Source: an uncultured Acidobacteriota bacterium (GTDB lineage: Bacteria; Acidobacteriota; Thermoanaerobaculia; Multivoradales; UBA5704). Taken from it: 64,000 bases of DNA. The notes under the pieces were generated by a model. That model was not told the origin of the DNA. It searched no databases and saw only the letters and a list, made by a program, of their open reading frames with translations. Positions 1-9,526 of this stretch are shown one piece after another. The DNA is taken from the NCBI GenBank assembly GCA_963700145.1, contig OY969474.1, positions 4,896,001 to 4,960,000 on the forward strand, written 5' to 3'. Position numbers and translations under genes: made by a program. Position 1 is the first letter of the stretch. The number at the start of each line of letters is the position of its first letter.

Positions 1-1
1 C

Positions 2-2227
2 GCCTCGCGCGCCCTGGAGGCCGACGTGCCGGCCGACGAGCTGCCGCCGGGCATCCGCGCCTACCACGCGGCCCTCGCCGACCTCGAGCGCCGGGACGGC
101 GTCCAGACGCGCGTCCTCGTCGACTCGATCGCCGGCACCTCGGCCGGTGGGATCAACGGCGTCTTCCTGGCCAAGGCCCTGGCCCACGACCTGCCGCAGG
201 ACTCGCTACGCGACCTCTGGCTGGAGAAGGGGGACATCAACCGCCTGCTGGGCGGCCGCTTCCAGGGCTTCCTGCGCCTGGTGCGGCTGGCCGTCGGCCT
301 GCCGTTCGGCAAGGCCCGGCCGCCGCTCTCGGGCGACCTGATGTTCCGCTGGATCCACGAGGCGCTGACCGAGATGAACCGGCACGAGCAGGAGCTGTCG
401 CTGGTGCCGCGCGGCCACGAGCTGCGGCTCTTCGTCACCGCCACCGACTTCTACGGCCTGGCGCGCCACGTGCCGGTGGGGGACCCGGCGGCGGCGATCG
501 AGAAGCAGCATCGCGGCGTGCTCTCCTTCCGCTACGCTCGCCGCCCCGACGGCACGCCGTCCGCCGACGACTTCGGCCCCGAGGACGACCCGGTCCTCGC
601 CTTCGCCGCGCGTGCCACCTCCTCGTTCCCGGGCGCCTTCCCGCCGATCAACCTGCGCAACATCCAGAAGAACGTCGCCGGGGTCAGCGACGAGCGGCTG
701 CGCGAGATCGCCGAGCAGTTCTTCCGCCTCTACGAGCTGGAGGACGCGGACGTCGCCGAGACCTACTTCGTGGACGGCGGCGTGCTCGACAACTACCCCT
801 TCGGCCTGACCATCGCCGACATCGTCTCCCGCCCCTCGGCGCGCGAGGCCAAGCGCCTGCTGCTCTACCTGCAGCCCGACCCGGGCCGGCCGCCGGGCGC
901 CGCGCCCGGCCGCGAGCCGGGGTTCGTGGGCACGATCTGGGGCGGCCTCTCGACGATCTCGGGCTACGAGCCGATCGCCGACGACCTGGGGCGGGTGCAG
1001 AGCTTCAACGCCCGCGTGGCGCGGCTCAAGGACGTCATCGCGCGCTCGACGCCGGCGGTGAGCGACGTGCTCGCCGACCGCGCCGGCCTCGATCCCAGCC
1101 AGCCGCTGCCGCCCCTCGCTTCGATCGCCGGCAAGCGCCAGCTCCTCGACCAGCTGGTGCGGGAGACCTCGCCGCTCCTCTACGAGGGCTACTTCCAGAT
1201 CCGCGTCCACTCGGTCGTGGACCAGCTCGGCTCCGTGCTCGCGCGCCGCTGTGCCTTCCCGCCCGAGAGCAACCACGCCCTCTTCGTCGCCGCGGCGGTG
1301 CGCGGCTGGGCCGGGCGCCACCGCCTGATCGGCGACGCCGCCGACCGCGCGGCGCAGGAGCGCTTCGTCGCCGCGCTCGACTTGGGCTACAGCCGCCGCC
1401 AGCTCCGCTTCGTCGAGGACGCCGTCGACTCGCTCTACGCCGAGATCGCGCCGGGCGCGCACCCCGACCGCGCCGACCTCGACGCCGCGAAAGCGCGGCT
1501 CCAGGAGGTCGTCGAGGAGCTGTCGGCGGTGATCCAGGGCCGCGACCTGCCGGCCGCCCTGCAGCAGGAGCTCGCCGGGCTGTGCGGCACCGTCGATCCC
1601 TGGGCCGGCGGCGCGGCGCTGTCGGCTGCCGCGGCGGCCTGGGCCGGCGAGCACGCCGGGGCGCTCGACAGGCTCGAGGAGGCGCTGGTGAGCCACGTCG
1701 GCGGCCGCCGCGACGCGATCCGCGCGAAGCTCTACGCGGTCTTCCGCGACCTGACGGGCGGCTGGGAGCCGGTGGCGCGCGAGCGCGTCCTCGTCCAGTA
1801 CCTCGGCTTCCCCTTCTGGGACGCCCTCGTCTACCCGCTGCGCAGCCTGGGAGACGTCGGCGAGATCCAGGAGATCAACGTCTACCGCATCAGCCCGGAC
1901 GACGCCGTCGCGCTCGGCGGCGGCATCGCGGCCGAGAAGCTCGAAGGGGTGGCGCTCGGCCACTTCGCCGCCTTCTTCGCCCGCGACAAGCGCGAGAACG
2001 ACTACCTCTGGGGGCGGCTCGACGGCGCCGAGCGCCTGCTGGCGCTGCTCGGGCCGGAGGGCCGGCGGCACCTCGGCGCCGCTTTCTCGGGCGTGCTCGA
2101 CGAGGAGGCCCCGGCCCTGCCGACGACGGCCGGCCTCGTCCGCGAGCTGCGGCGCAAGATCGACAGCCTGCCCGCGGCGGCCGCCCAAACCGACGCAGCA
2201 CTCGAACCGAAGGGGGGATCCCGGTGA
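2..2227 (+). CDS. Patatin-like phospholipase with C-terminal DUF3376 domain (5' end outside window)
   Basis: AGTSAGGING nucleophile motif, FVDGGVLDNYP catalytic Asp motif, C-terminal HFAAFF..RENDYLWGRLDGAERL typical of DUF3376. The oxyanion GGG motif is missing, so the start lies upstream of the window. Confidence 0.85.
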   Translation, partial: ASRALEADVPADELPPGIRAYHAALADLERRDGVQTRVLVDSIAGTSAGGINGVFLAKALAHDLPQDSLRDLWLEKGDINRLLGGRFQGFLRLVRLAVGLPFGKARPPLSGDLMFRWIHEALTEMNRHEQELSLVPRGHELRLFVTATDFYGLARHVPVGDPAAAIEKQHRGVLSFRYARRPDGTPSADDFGPEDDPVLAFAARATSSFPGAFPPINLRNIQKNVAGVSDERLREIAEQFFRLYELEDADVAETYFVDGGVLDNYPFGLTIADIVSRPSAREAKRLLLYLQPDPGRPPGAAPGREPGFVGTIWGGLSTISGYEPIADDLGRVQSFNARVARLKDVIARSTPAVSDVLADRAGLDPSQPLPPLASIAGKRQLLDQLVRETSPLLYEGYFQIRVHSVVDQLGSVLARRCAFPPESNHALFVAAAVRGWAGRHRLIGDAADRAAQERFVAALDLGYSRRQLRFVEDAVDSLYAEIAPGAHPDRADLDAAKARLQEVVEELSAVIQGRDLPAALQQELAGLCGTVDPWAGGAALSAAAAAWAGEHAGALDRLEEALVSHVGGRRDAIRAKLYAVFRDLTGGWEPVARERVLVQYLGFPFWDALVYPLRSLGDVGEIQEINVYRISPDDAVALGGGIAAEKLEGVALGHFAAFFARDKRENDYLWGRLDGAERLLALLGPEGRRHLGAAFSGVLDEEAPALPTTAGLVRELRRKIDSLPAAAAQTDAALEPKGGSR

Positions 2228-4788
2228 AGAAAGCCCTGATCGTTGTCGCCCTGGTGGTGGTGGCGGTAGTGGCGGCGCTCGCCGCCGGCTTCTGGCTCGA
2301 CCACCGGAAGCCGGAGCCGGGCACGGTGCTCGACGAGGCGGCGGCGGCGGACCGCGAGCCGGAGAGCCTGCGCGGCGCCGACGAGGACTACTTCCACGAC
2401 ATGGACTACGGCGCCACGCACGACCCCGAGGCGCTGCGCGCCGCGCTCGACCCCTACGTGCCCGGCATCTCCGCCGCCGACGCCGTCAAGGCGGTGGCGC
2501 GGGGGCGCAACAACTGGATCGTCTGGAGCGGCGGCAACGACCGCTTCTGGGACGAGATCTCGCGCCGCAGCGTGAACGCGCTCGACTTCGTCAAGACGCT
2601 CTCCAGCCACCCCAGCCTGCGCTACGGCCGGCACAACCGCTGGGAGTACCTGGGGCTGGTCAACGAGCCCTGCTTCGAGGAGGCCAAGGGGCCGAACAAG
2701 GACCGCTTCGACCTCTGGCTCGACGTGCGCAAGGCAGGGCCCGGCTGCCCGCCCGATCCCTTCGAGAACGAGACCAAGTACCCGGGCGTCAAGACCGGGG
2801 CCCGCGGCAGCGCGCACCTGCCGGTCGGCTCCTACTACGGCTACGCCACCGGCGTCGTCGGCCTGCGCCTCTTCCCCAACCCGGCGTTCGACGAGAAGGC
2901 CGCGGAGGAGTGGGACGCCGAGAAGTACTACACCGACCCCGACTACTACAACCGCGAGAAGCTGGTGAAGCCCTACCGGGTCGGGATGTCCTGCGGCTTC
3001 TGCCACGTCGGGCCCAACCCCACGAACCCGCCGGCCGACCCCGAGAACCCGACCTGGGCGAACCTCAACAACAACCCCGGCGCCCAGTACTTCTGGACCG
3101 ACCGCATCTTCTTCTGGCCCCCCGACGACTCCCTGCAGCCGGGCGTCGAGCGCGACCCGCAGCAGAAGAAGTCGGACAACTACATCTTCCAGCTCTTCCA
3201 CACCTCCCGCCCGGGGGCGCTCGACACCTCGCTCGTCTCCTCCGACATGATCAACAACCCGCGCACTATGAACGCGGTCTACAACGTCGGCGCGCGGCTG
3301 GCGAACGCCGAGCGCTGGGGCAAGGAAAAGCTCGACGGCGGCGGCCGCGACAACCGGCAGTTCAACGACTTCGTCCCGGCCGGGAGCCCGCTCGCCAAGT
3401 ACTACCGCGATCCGGACACGGTGTTCACGCCGCGCGTCCTCAAGGACGGCGCCGACTCGGTGGGCGCCCTGGGGGCGCTCAACCGCGTCTTCATCAACAT
3501 CGGCATGTTCAGCGAGGAGTGGCTGCTGCACTTCATCCCGATGGTCGGCGGCCCGGACGTGACGCCGATCAAGATCGCCGACGCGCGGCGCAACTCCTCC
3601 TACTGGCGCGCCAACGAGCTGCAGACGCCGGACACCGCGCTCTTCTTCCTCGCCACCGCCAAGCCCGACTACCTGAAGAACGCCCCGGGAGGGAGCGCCT
3701 ACTTGGCCGGCGGCGGCGCGCTGACCCGCGGCAAGGAGGTCTTCGCCGAGCGCTGCGCCCGCTGCCATTCGAGCAAGCTGCCGCCCAAGGCGGCCACCAA
3801 CTTCTTCCCCGACAACGGGTGCGTCGGCCCCAACTACCTCGACTGCTGGAACGACTACTGGCGCTGGACGAAGACCGAGGAGTTCAGGACCGCGATGCGC
3901 GAGATCGTCCTCGCCGAGGACTTCCTGGAGGACAACTTCCTCTCGACCGAGCTGCGCGTGCCGGTGACGCTGCTGCAGACCAACGCCTGCAGCCCGCTCG
4001 CCACCAACGCCATCGAGGACAACATCTGGGACAACTTCTCGTCCGCGTCCTACAAGAGCCTGCCCTCGGTAGGGAAGGTCATGGTTCACCGGCCGTACAG
4101 CGGCGAGCCCTACCTCTACACGATGCCCGCCGGCGGCCGCGGCTACACCCGGCCGGCGTCGCTGATCAGCCTGTGGTCGACCTCGCCCTACCTGCTCAAC
4201 AACACGGTCGGCCAGTTCTACTGGAGCGGCTCGGTCGCCGACCGCATGGCGGGCTTCGAGGACGGCATCCGCAAGATGCTCTGGCCGTCGCGGCGCGAGG
4301 GGAAGCAGAGCTACCAGACGGTCTCCGGCCACTCGCACCCGGGGGTCATCGACGTCACCACCGAGCGCAGCTACCTGCGGGCGAGCGCCGGCTTCCTGCC
4401 CGGTTTCCTGGCGCCGCTCACCGGCCTCCTCGACCGCCTGATCCCCAACGTCTTCGGCGGCGGCGGCATCGAGCTGGGGCCGATCCCCAAGGGGACTCCG
4501 GTCAACCTGCTGACCAACATCGACCTGCAGAAGAAGCCGCAGGTGCTGGCTCTGCTGCTGCGCATCAAGCGGGACCTCAAGGCGCTGCCGCGCGGCTCCA
4601 GTGACGAGGAGGCGCGCAAGGTCTTCCGCAACCTGGTGCCCAAGCTCCTCGAGGTCAACAAGTGCCCCGATTTCGTGGTCAACCGCGGGCACTACTTCGG
4701 CACCAGCTTCCTCCCTGCGAGCGAGGGGGAGCCGGGGCTGAGCGACGCCGACAAGGAGGCCCTGATCCAGTTCGTCAAGACGTTCTGA
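2224..4788 (+). CDS. Membrane-anchored di-heme cytochrome c protein (RoxA/CCP-MauG-like superfamily), function unknown
   Basis: GTG start overlaps the upstream TGA (GTGA). N-terminal hydrophobic helix KKALIVVALVVVAVVAALAAGFW, two CxxCH motifs (CGFCH, CARCH), and a C-terminal GYTRPASLISLWSTSPY segment. Confidence 0.75.
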   Translation: MKKALIVVALVVVAVVAALAAGFWLDHRKPEPGTVLDEAAAADREPESLRGADEDYFHDMDYGATHDPEALRAALDPYVPGISAADAVKAVARGRNNWIVWSGGNDRFWDEISRRSVNALDFVKTLSSHPSLRYGRHNRWEYLGLVNEPCFEEAKGPNKDRFDLWLDVRKAGPGCPPDPFENETKYPGVKTGARGSAHLPVGSYYGYATGVVGLRLFPNPAFDEKAAEEWDAEKYYTDPDYYNREKLVKPYRVGMSCGFCHVGPNPTNPPADPENPTWANLNNNPGAQYFWTDRIFFWPPDDSLQPGVERDPQQKKSDNYIFQLFHTSRPGALDTSLVSSDMINNPRTMNAVYNVGARLANAERWGKEKLDGGGRDNRQFNDFVPAGSPLAKYYRDPDTVFTPRVLKDGADSVGALGALNRVFINIGMFSEEWLLHFIPMVGGPDVTPIKIADARRNSSYWRANELQTPDTALFFLATAKPDYLKNAPGGSAYLAGGGALTRGKEVFAERCARCHSSKLPPKAATNFFPDNGCVGPNYLDCWNDYWRWTKTEEFRTAMREIVLAEDFLEDNFLSTELRVPVTLLQTNACSPLATNAIEDNIWDNFSSASYKSLPSVGKVMVHRPYSGEPYLYTMPAGGRGYTRPASLISLWSTSPYLLNNTVGQFYWSGSVADRMAGFEDGIRKMLWPSRREGKQSYQTVSGHSHPGVIDVTTERSYLRASAGFLPGFLAPLTGLLDRLIPNVFGGGGIELGPIPKGTPVNLLTNIDLQKKPQVLALLLRIKRDLKALPRGSSDEEARKVFRNLVPKLLEVNKCPDFVVNRGHYFGTSFLPASEGEPGLSDADKEALIQFVKTF

Positions 4789-4804
4789 GCCGGGGACGAC
4801 GCGC

Positions 4805-6700
4805 ATGAGCACGCCTTCCGACCGCAGCGCCGAGTACGAGTACGTCGTCGTCGGCTCGGGCGCCGGCGGCGGCACCGTCGCCGCCCGCCTGGCCGAGGAA
4901 GGGCGCCGCGTCCTGCTGCTCGAAGCGGGCGGCGACCCGCTCGAGCTCCAGGGTGGCGATCCGGCGCAGCCGGACGGCGACCGCCTGCCGGACGACTACC
5001 AGGTGCCGGTCTTCCACCCTTTCGCCTCGGAGAACGACGCGCTGCGCTGGGACTTCTTCGTCCGCCACTACGCCGACGACGCGGTCCAGCGCCTGGACCC
5101 CAAGTACCGCGAGGACTTCGACGGCCGGCGGGTGGACGGCGTCCTCTACCCGCGCTCGGGCTGCCTGGGCGGCTGCACCGCCCACAACGCCATGATCACC
5201 GTCTACCCGCACAACGCCGACTGGGACGAGCTCGCCGTGCTCACCGGCGACAGCTCCTGGGCCTCGGGCAACATGCGGAAGTACTTCCAGCGCCTCGAGG
5301 ACTGCCACCACCGGAAGGCCTGGCGCGCCATCGCCAAGCTCGGCATCAACCCCACCCGCCACGGCTTCGGCGGCTGGCTGCACACCGAGAAGGCGATCCC
5401 GGAGGCGGCGTTCGACGACAAGAAGCTGGTCACCACCCTCATCGACTCCGCCGCCGCCGAGGTCGAGGAGCTGGGCGGCTCGCTGATCGAGCGGATCAAG
5501 TGGTTCGTGCAGGGCAAGGGCGACCCCAACGACTGGCGGCTGGTGCAGGGGAACTCGACCGGCATCCGCTACCCGCCGCTCGCCACCCACCGCCACGCCC
5601 GCTACGGCGCCCGCGAGCGGGTGCGCGAGGTCGAGAAGAGCAGTGGCGGCCGGCTGACGGTCGAGCTCGACGCACTGGCCACGCGCGTCCTCTTCGACGA
5701 CGGCAACCGCGCGACCGGCGTCGAGTACCTCAAGGGGGCGCGGCTCTACCGCGCCGCCAGAAACCCGAGCGCCGATCCCGGCGAGCTGCGGCGCGCGACG
5801 GCGACGCGCGAGGTGATCCTGGCCGGCGGCGCCTACAACACGCCGCAGCTCCTGATGCTCTCGGGAATCGGCCCGGCGGCGGAGCTGGCCAAGCACGGCA
5901 TCCCGCTGCGCGTCGACCTGCCGGGGGTGGGCAGCAACCTCCAGGACCGTTACGAGGTCGGCGTCGTCAACCGCATGAACTTCGACGCCTGGTGGGTGCT
6001 GGAGGGCGCCAAGTTCGCCGCCGGCGACCCGCAGCACGAGCAGTGGAAGACGCAGCGCAAGGGGGTCTACACCACCAACGGCGCGGTGCTGGCGGTGGTC
6101 AAGCGCTCCTTCCCCGAGCGCCCGCTGCCCGACCTCTTCTGCTTCGCGCTGCTCGGCCTCTTCCGCGGCTACTTCCCGGGCTACTCGGCGCTCTTCGCCC
6201 AGCACCTCAACTACCTCACCTGGGCGATCCTCAAGGCGCACACCAAGAACAACGCCGGCACGGTGCGCCTGCGCTCCGCCGACCCGCGCGACATGCCGGC
6301 GGTCTGCTTCCACTACTTCGAGGAGGGCAGCGACGAGGGCGGCGAGGACCTGCAGTCGATCGTCGAAGGGGTCAAGTTCGTGCGCAAGCTGACGGCGCCG
6401 CTCAAGCGCCGCGGCCTGATCGCCGAGGAGGAGCTGCCCGGCGAGGCCGTCCAGAGCGATTCCGAGCTGTGCAAGTTCGTGCGCGAGAACGCCTGGGGGC
6501 ACCACGCCTCCTGCTCCTGCCCGGTCGGCGACCGCGACCAGGGCGGCGTCGTCAACAGCAACTTCGAGGTCCACGGCACCCGCGGCCTGCGCATCGTCGA
6601 CGCCTCGGTCTTCCCCAAGATCCCCGGTTTCTTCATCGTCTCTTCGGTCTACACGATCGGCGAGAAGGCCGCCGACGTGATCCTCAGAAGCACCCGCTAG
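4805..6700 (+). CDS. GMC family FAD oxidoreductase (choline dehydrogenase-like)
   Basis: VVVGSGAGGG FAD motif, LGGCTAHNAM, GAYNTPQLLMLSGIG, VGSNLQDR, WGHHASCSC, LRIVDASVFP. Confidence 0.92.
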   Translation: MSTPSDRSAEYEYVVVGSGAGGGTVAARLAEEGRRVLLLEAGGDPLELQGGDPAQPDGDRLPDDYQVPVFHPFASENDALRWDFFVRHYADDAVQRLDPKYREDFDGRRVDGVLYPRSGCLGGCTAHNAMITVYPHNADWDELAVLTGDSSWASGNMRKYFQRLEDCHHRKAWRAIAKLGINPTRHGFGGWLHTEKAIPEAAFDDKKLVTTLIDSAAAEVEELGGSLIERIKWFVQGKGDPNDWRLVQGNSTGIRYPPLATHRHARYGARERVREVEKSSGGRLTVELDALATRVLFDDGNRATGVEYLKGARLYRAARNPSADPGELRRATATREVILAGGAYNTPQLLMLSGIGPAAELAKHGIPLRVDLPGVGSNLQDRYEVGVVNRMNFDAWWVLEGAKFAAGDPQHEQWKTQRKGVYTTNGAVLAVVKRSFPERPLPDLFCFALLGLFRGYFPGYSALFAQHLNYLTWAILKAHTKNNAGTVRLRSADPRDMPAVCFHYFEEGSDEGGEDLQSIVEGVKFVRKLTAPLKRRGLIAEEELPGEAVQSDSELCKFVRENAWGHHASCSCPVGDRDQGGVVNSNFEVHGTRGLRIVDASVFPKIPGFFIVSSVYTIGEKAADVILRSTR

Positions 6701-6713
6701 CGGAGGCACCGCC

Positions 6714-8342
6714 ATGACTACCCCACGCACACTCCTCGCGCCGGCCGCCCTGGCGGCGCTCGCCCTGCTCCTCGGCGTCGGGCCCGCGGCGCCCGCGGAC
6801 CACAACGACCCCAACGCGGTCAACTCGATCTTCGCGGACGTGCCGTTGAGCGCCGCCGACCTCTACGACTTCTTCGGCTTCCCCAGCGGCGACAAGCGCG
6901 GCGGCGAGAAGGTGGTCGTCGCCCTCACCTTCGCGCCGGTGCCGAAGACCGGGGTCTTCGACGCCGACCTGCTCTACCGGCTGCTGCTCGACCCGGACCC
7001 GCGCGTCGCCTCGCTGCGCGACGACCACAGCCTGACCGCGCTCCACATGCACGCCCGCGCCGTCAAGCGCCGCTTCGCCGCGCTCGATCCGGCGGAGGTG
7101 CGCGTCAAGGTCCGCCGCCCGGACCGGCGGGCGGAGGTCGACTTCCGCGGCTTCCCCGGCGGCGACTTCTCGAAGCTCCTGGCGACCAACAAGGTCGAGA
7201 CCGTGCGCTCGCCCGGCGGGCACACGATCCAGGTCTACATCGGCGGCCGCGACGACGCCTTCTTCAACGATCTGCCGGGGTTCTTCCGCTCGATCAACTA
7301 CGCGCCGCAGTTCTACAAGGTGCCGCAGGCCCGCACCGACCGGCGCGAGCTGGAGATCCCGAAGACGCTGATCGAGCTCGAAGGCAACGCGCTCTTCAAC
7401 TTCGACCCCAAGAACCCGAAGCTCGGCGAGGGGGTCAAGAAGCCGCTGCCGGGGGGCGAGCCGACCTGGCAGGGCGACCGCTTCGCCAAGGACCGCAACG
7501 GCAACTACCGCTTCGTCTACAGCGGCCGCGACGCGCAGGCCGGGCGCAACATCAACGCCATCATCCTGGAGCTGCCGCTGGCGTTCGTGACCCGGGCGCC
7601 CAAGACCGACCGCGTCGTCAGCGCCTGGGGCGAGAGCTGGGTGCTCAAGGCGGCGCGCAAGATCGAGGCGATCCCCGACGACGGCCAGAACGCGCACGGG
7701 CGGATCGAGTCGCGCGACGACCCCGAGCTGCAGAAGTACAAGCTCGTCGACACCGACGGCGTGCCGTTCGCCGACGCCGCCTTGAACGAGCGTGCGGACA
7801 GCCGGCAGCTCGGCGCCAACAACCAGCTTCTGGCGCGCGACTTCGTCACCCGCTTCGCCCACCTCGGCTGGGGGTTCGGTCCTTCGGTCTCCGCCCTCGG
7901 CCTCGGCACCTGCTTCGACCACGACGACTCGCCGGTCTCCCGGGTCGAGACCTACCGCTGGGCCATCCCCGCCTTCCGGCGGGTCAAGAAGTGCCTGTTC
8001 CAGGAGCTGAACATGCCGGACGCCTCCTGGAACCCGAAGAAGCTCCCGATCCGCCCCAAGAAAGCGGTCGAGATCTTCATCCCCAACGTCTGCGCCATCG
8101 ACATGGACACCACCGGCAGCTGGCCCTTCGGGCGGCGGCCGGAGGACCAGGTGGCAACGCGCTTCCTCTCGGTATTCCTCGACATGAAGGCGGGCTGCGG
8201 CGGCAAGCCCTGCACCCTGGAGAGCCTCGGCAGCCAGGCGCTCTGGAACAGCGTAAAGATCGAGCCCAAGACGCCGCCCAACCCGCTGCGCAACGACAAG
8301 CCGTTCCTCGCCCGCTTCCCCTACCTGGCGGACCCGTGGTAG
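6714..8342 (+). CDS. Secreted DUF4331-family protein
   Basis: Signal peptide followed by ADHNDP, DLYDFFGF, GGRDDAFFNDL, GRRPEDQV and terminal FPYLADP. GGAGG RBS. Confidence 0.75.
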   Translation: MTTPRTLLAPAALAALALLLGVGPAAPADHNDPNAVNSIFADVPLSAADLYDFFGFPSGDKRGGEKVVVALTFAPVPKTGVFDADLLYRLLLDPDPRVASLRDDHSLTALHMHARAVKRRFAALDPAEVRVKVRRPDRRAEVDFRGFPGGDFSKLLATNKVETVRSPGGHTIQVYIGGRDDAFFNDLPGFFRSINYAPQFYKVPQARTDRRELEIPKTLIELEGNALFNFDPKNPKLGEGVKKPLPGGEPTWQGDRFAKDRNGNYRFVYSGRDAQAGRNINAIILELPLAFVTRAPKTDRVVSAWGESWVLKAARKIEAIPDDGQNAHGRIESRDDPELQKYKLVDTDGVPFADAALNERADSRQLGANNQLLARDFVTRFAHLGWGFGPSVSALGLGTCFDHDDSPVSRVETYRWAIPAFRRVKKCLFQELNMPDASWNPKKLPIRPKKAVEIFIPNVCAIDMDTTGSWPFGRRPEDQVATRFLSVFLDMKAGCGGKPCTLESLGSQALWNSVKIEPKTPPNPLRNDKPFLARFPYLADPW

Positions 8343-9508
8343 CCGGCTGGGCGGTCGTCGCGCTCGCCGCCGTCCTGGCGGCGGTCCCGCCGGACGGCAC
8401 GGCGGAGCCGGCCGCCACCGACTACGACCGCGAGCGCGCCGCGCTGGCGCAGCGGATCGGCGAGCTGGAGGCGGCGGCGGGCGACCCGGCGGCCGACGCC
8501 GCCGCGGCCGCACGGCTCGCCGTGCAGCACTACCGCTATGCGACACTGAGCGGCGACTTCGCCGAGCTGCGGGCCGCGGAAGAGGCGATCGAGTGCGCCC
8601 ACGCCGCCCTCGGCCCGGCGCCCGACCTCGTCCTCCTCCGCGCGCAGCTCCACGCCGCGCTGCACCGGCTGCCCGCGGCGCGGCAGGACCTGGCGCGGCT
8701 GGCCAACCCGGCGGACCCGCGGGCCCGCGCCCTCGCCGCCGACCTCGACCTCCAGGAGGGGCGCTACCGGGACGCCCGGCGCGGCTACGCGGAGGCGCTG
8801 CGGCTGGAGCGGAGCTGGGACCACCTGGCGCGCCTGGCGTTCCTGGCCGCCAAGACCGGTGACGCGGCCGGCGCCGAGCGGCTGTACGCCGAGGCGCAGG
8901 AGCAGCTGACGGCCAAGGAGATGCGCCCGTACGCCTGGCTCGAGCTGCAGCGCGGCGTGCTCGACCTCGAGCGCGGCGACGCCGCCGCGGCGCTCGGCCG
9001 CTTCGAGCGCGCCGACCGCGCCTACTCCGGCTGGTGGCTGATCGAGGAGCACCTCGCCGAGGCGCTCCACCTCCTCGGGCGCAGCGACGAGGCGGTGGCG
9101 CGCTACAGGCGCGTCGTCGCGCGGGCGCCGCGTCCCGAGCTGCTGAGCGCGCTCGCCGGCGTCCTCGCGCCGTCCGACCCCGGCGCGGCCGCCGCCCTGG
9201 ACGCGGAAGCGGCGCGCCGCTTCGACGCCCAGTACGCCCTCTACCCGGAGGCCGCCGTCGGGCACCTCGTCGAGCACCGCCTGCGTCGCGGCGAGGCGGA
9301 CGCGCGGCTCCTGGCGCTGGCCGAGGCGAACCACCGCCTCCGCCCCGGCGCCGAGGCGAAGCTCCTCCTCGCCCGCGTCCACCTGGCGCTCGGCCAACGG
9401 GCGCCGGCTCGCAGCCTGATCGACGCCGTCCTCGCCACCCCCTGGAAGACCCCCGAGCTCGACCGCCTGGCGCGGGAGACCCGCGCGCCGCAGGCGCGCG
9501 GTCGCTGA
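8336..9508 (+). CDS. Tetratricopeptide repeat protein, probably exported
   Basis: GTG at 8336 overlaps the DUF4331 stop. Hydrophobic N-terminus and repeated Ala/Leu-rich TPR-like helices. TPR genes commonly follow DUF4331. Confidence 0.75.
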   Translation: MVAGWAVVALAAVLAAVPPDGTAEPAATDYDRERAALAQRIGELEAAAGDPAADAAAAARLAVQHYRYATLSGDFAELRAAEEAIECAHAALGPAPDLVLLRAQLHAALHRLPAARQDLARLANPADPRARALAADLDLQEGRYRDARRGYAEALRLERSWDHLARLAFLAAKTGDAAGAERLYAEAQEQLTAKEMRPYAWLELQRGVLDLERGDAAAALGRFERADRAYSGWWLIEEHLAEALHLLGRSDEAVARYRRVVARAPRPELLSALAGVLAPSDPGAAAALDAEAARRFDAQYALYPEAAVGHLVEHRLRRGEADARLLALAEANHRLRPGAEAKLLLARVHLALGQRAPARSLIDAVLATPWKTPELDRLARETRAPQARGR

Positions 9509-9526
9509 CGACTGGGAGACCTCCTC

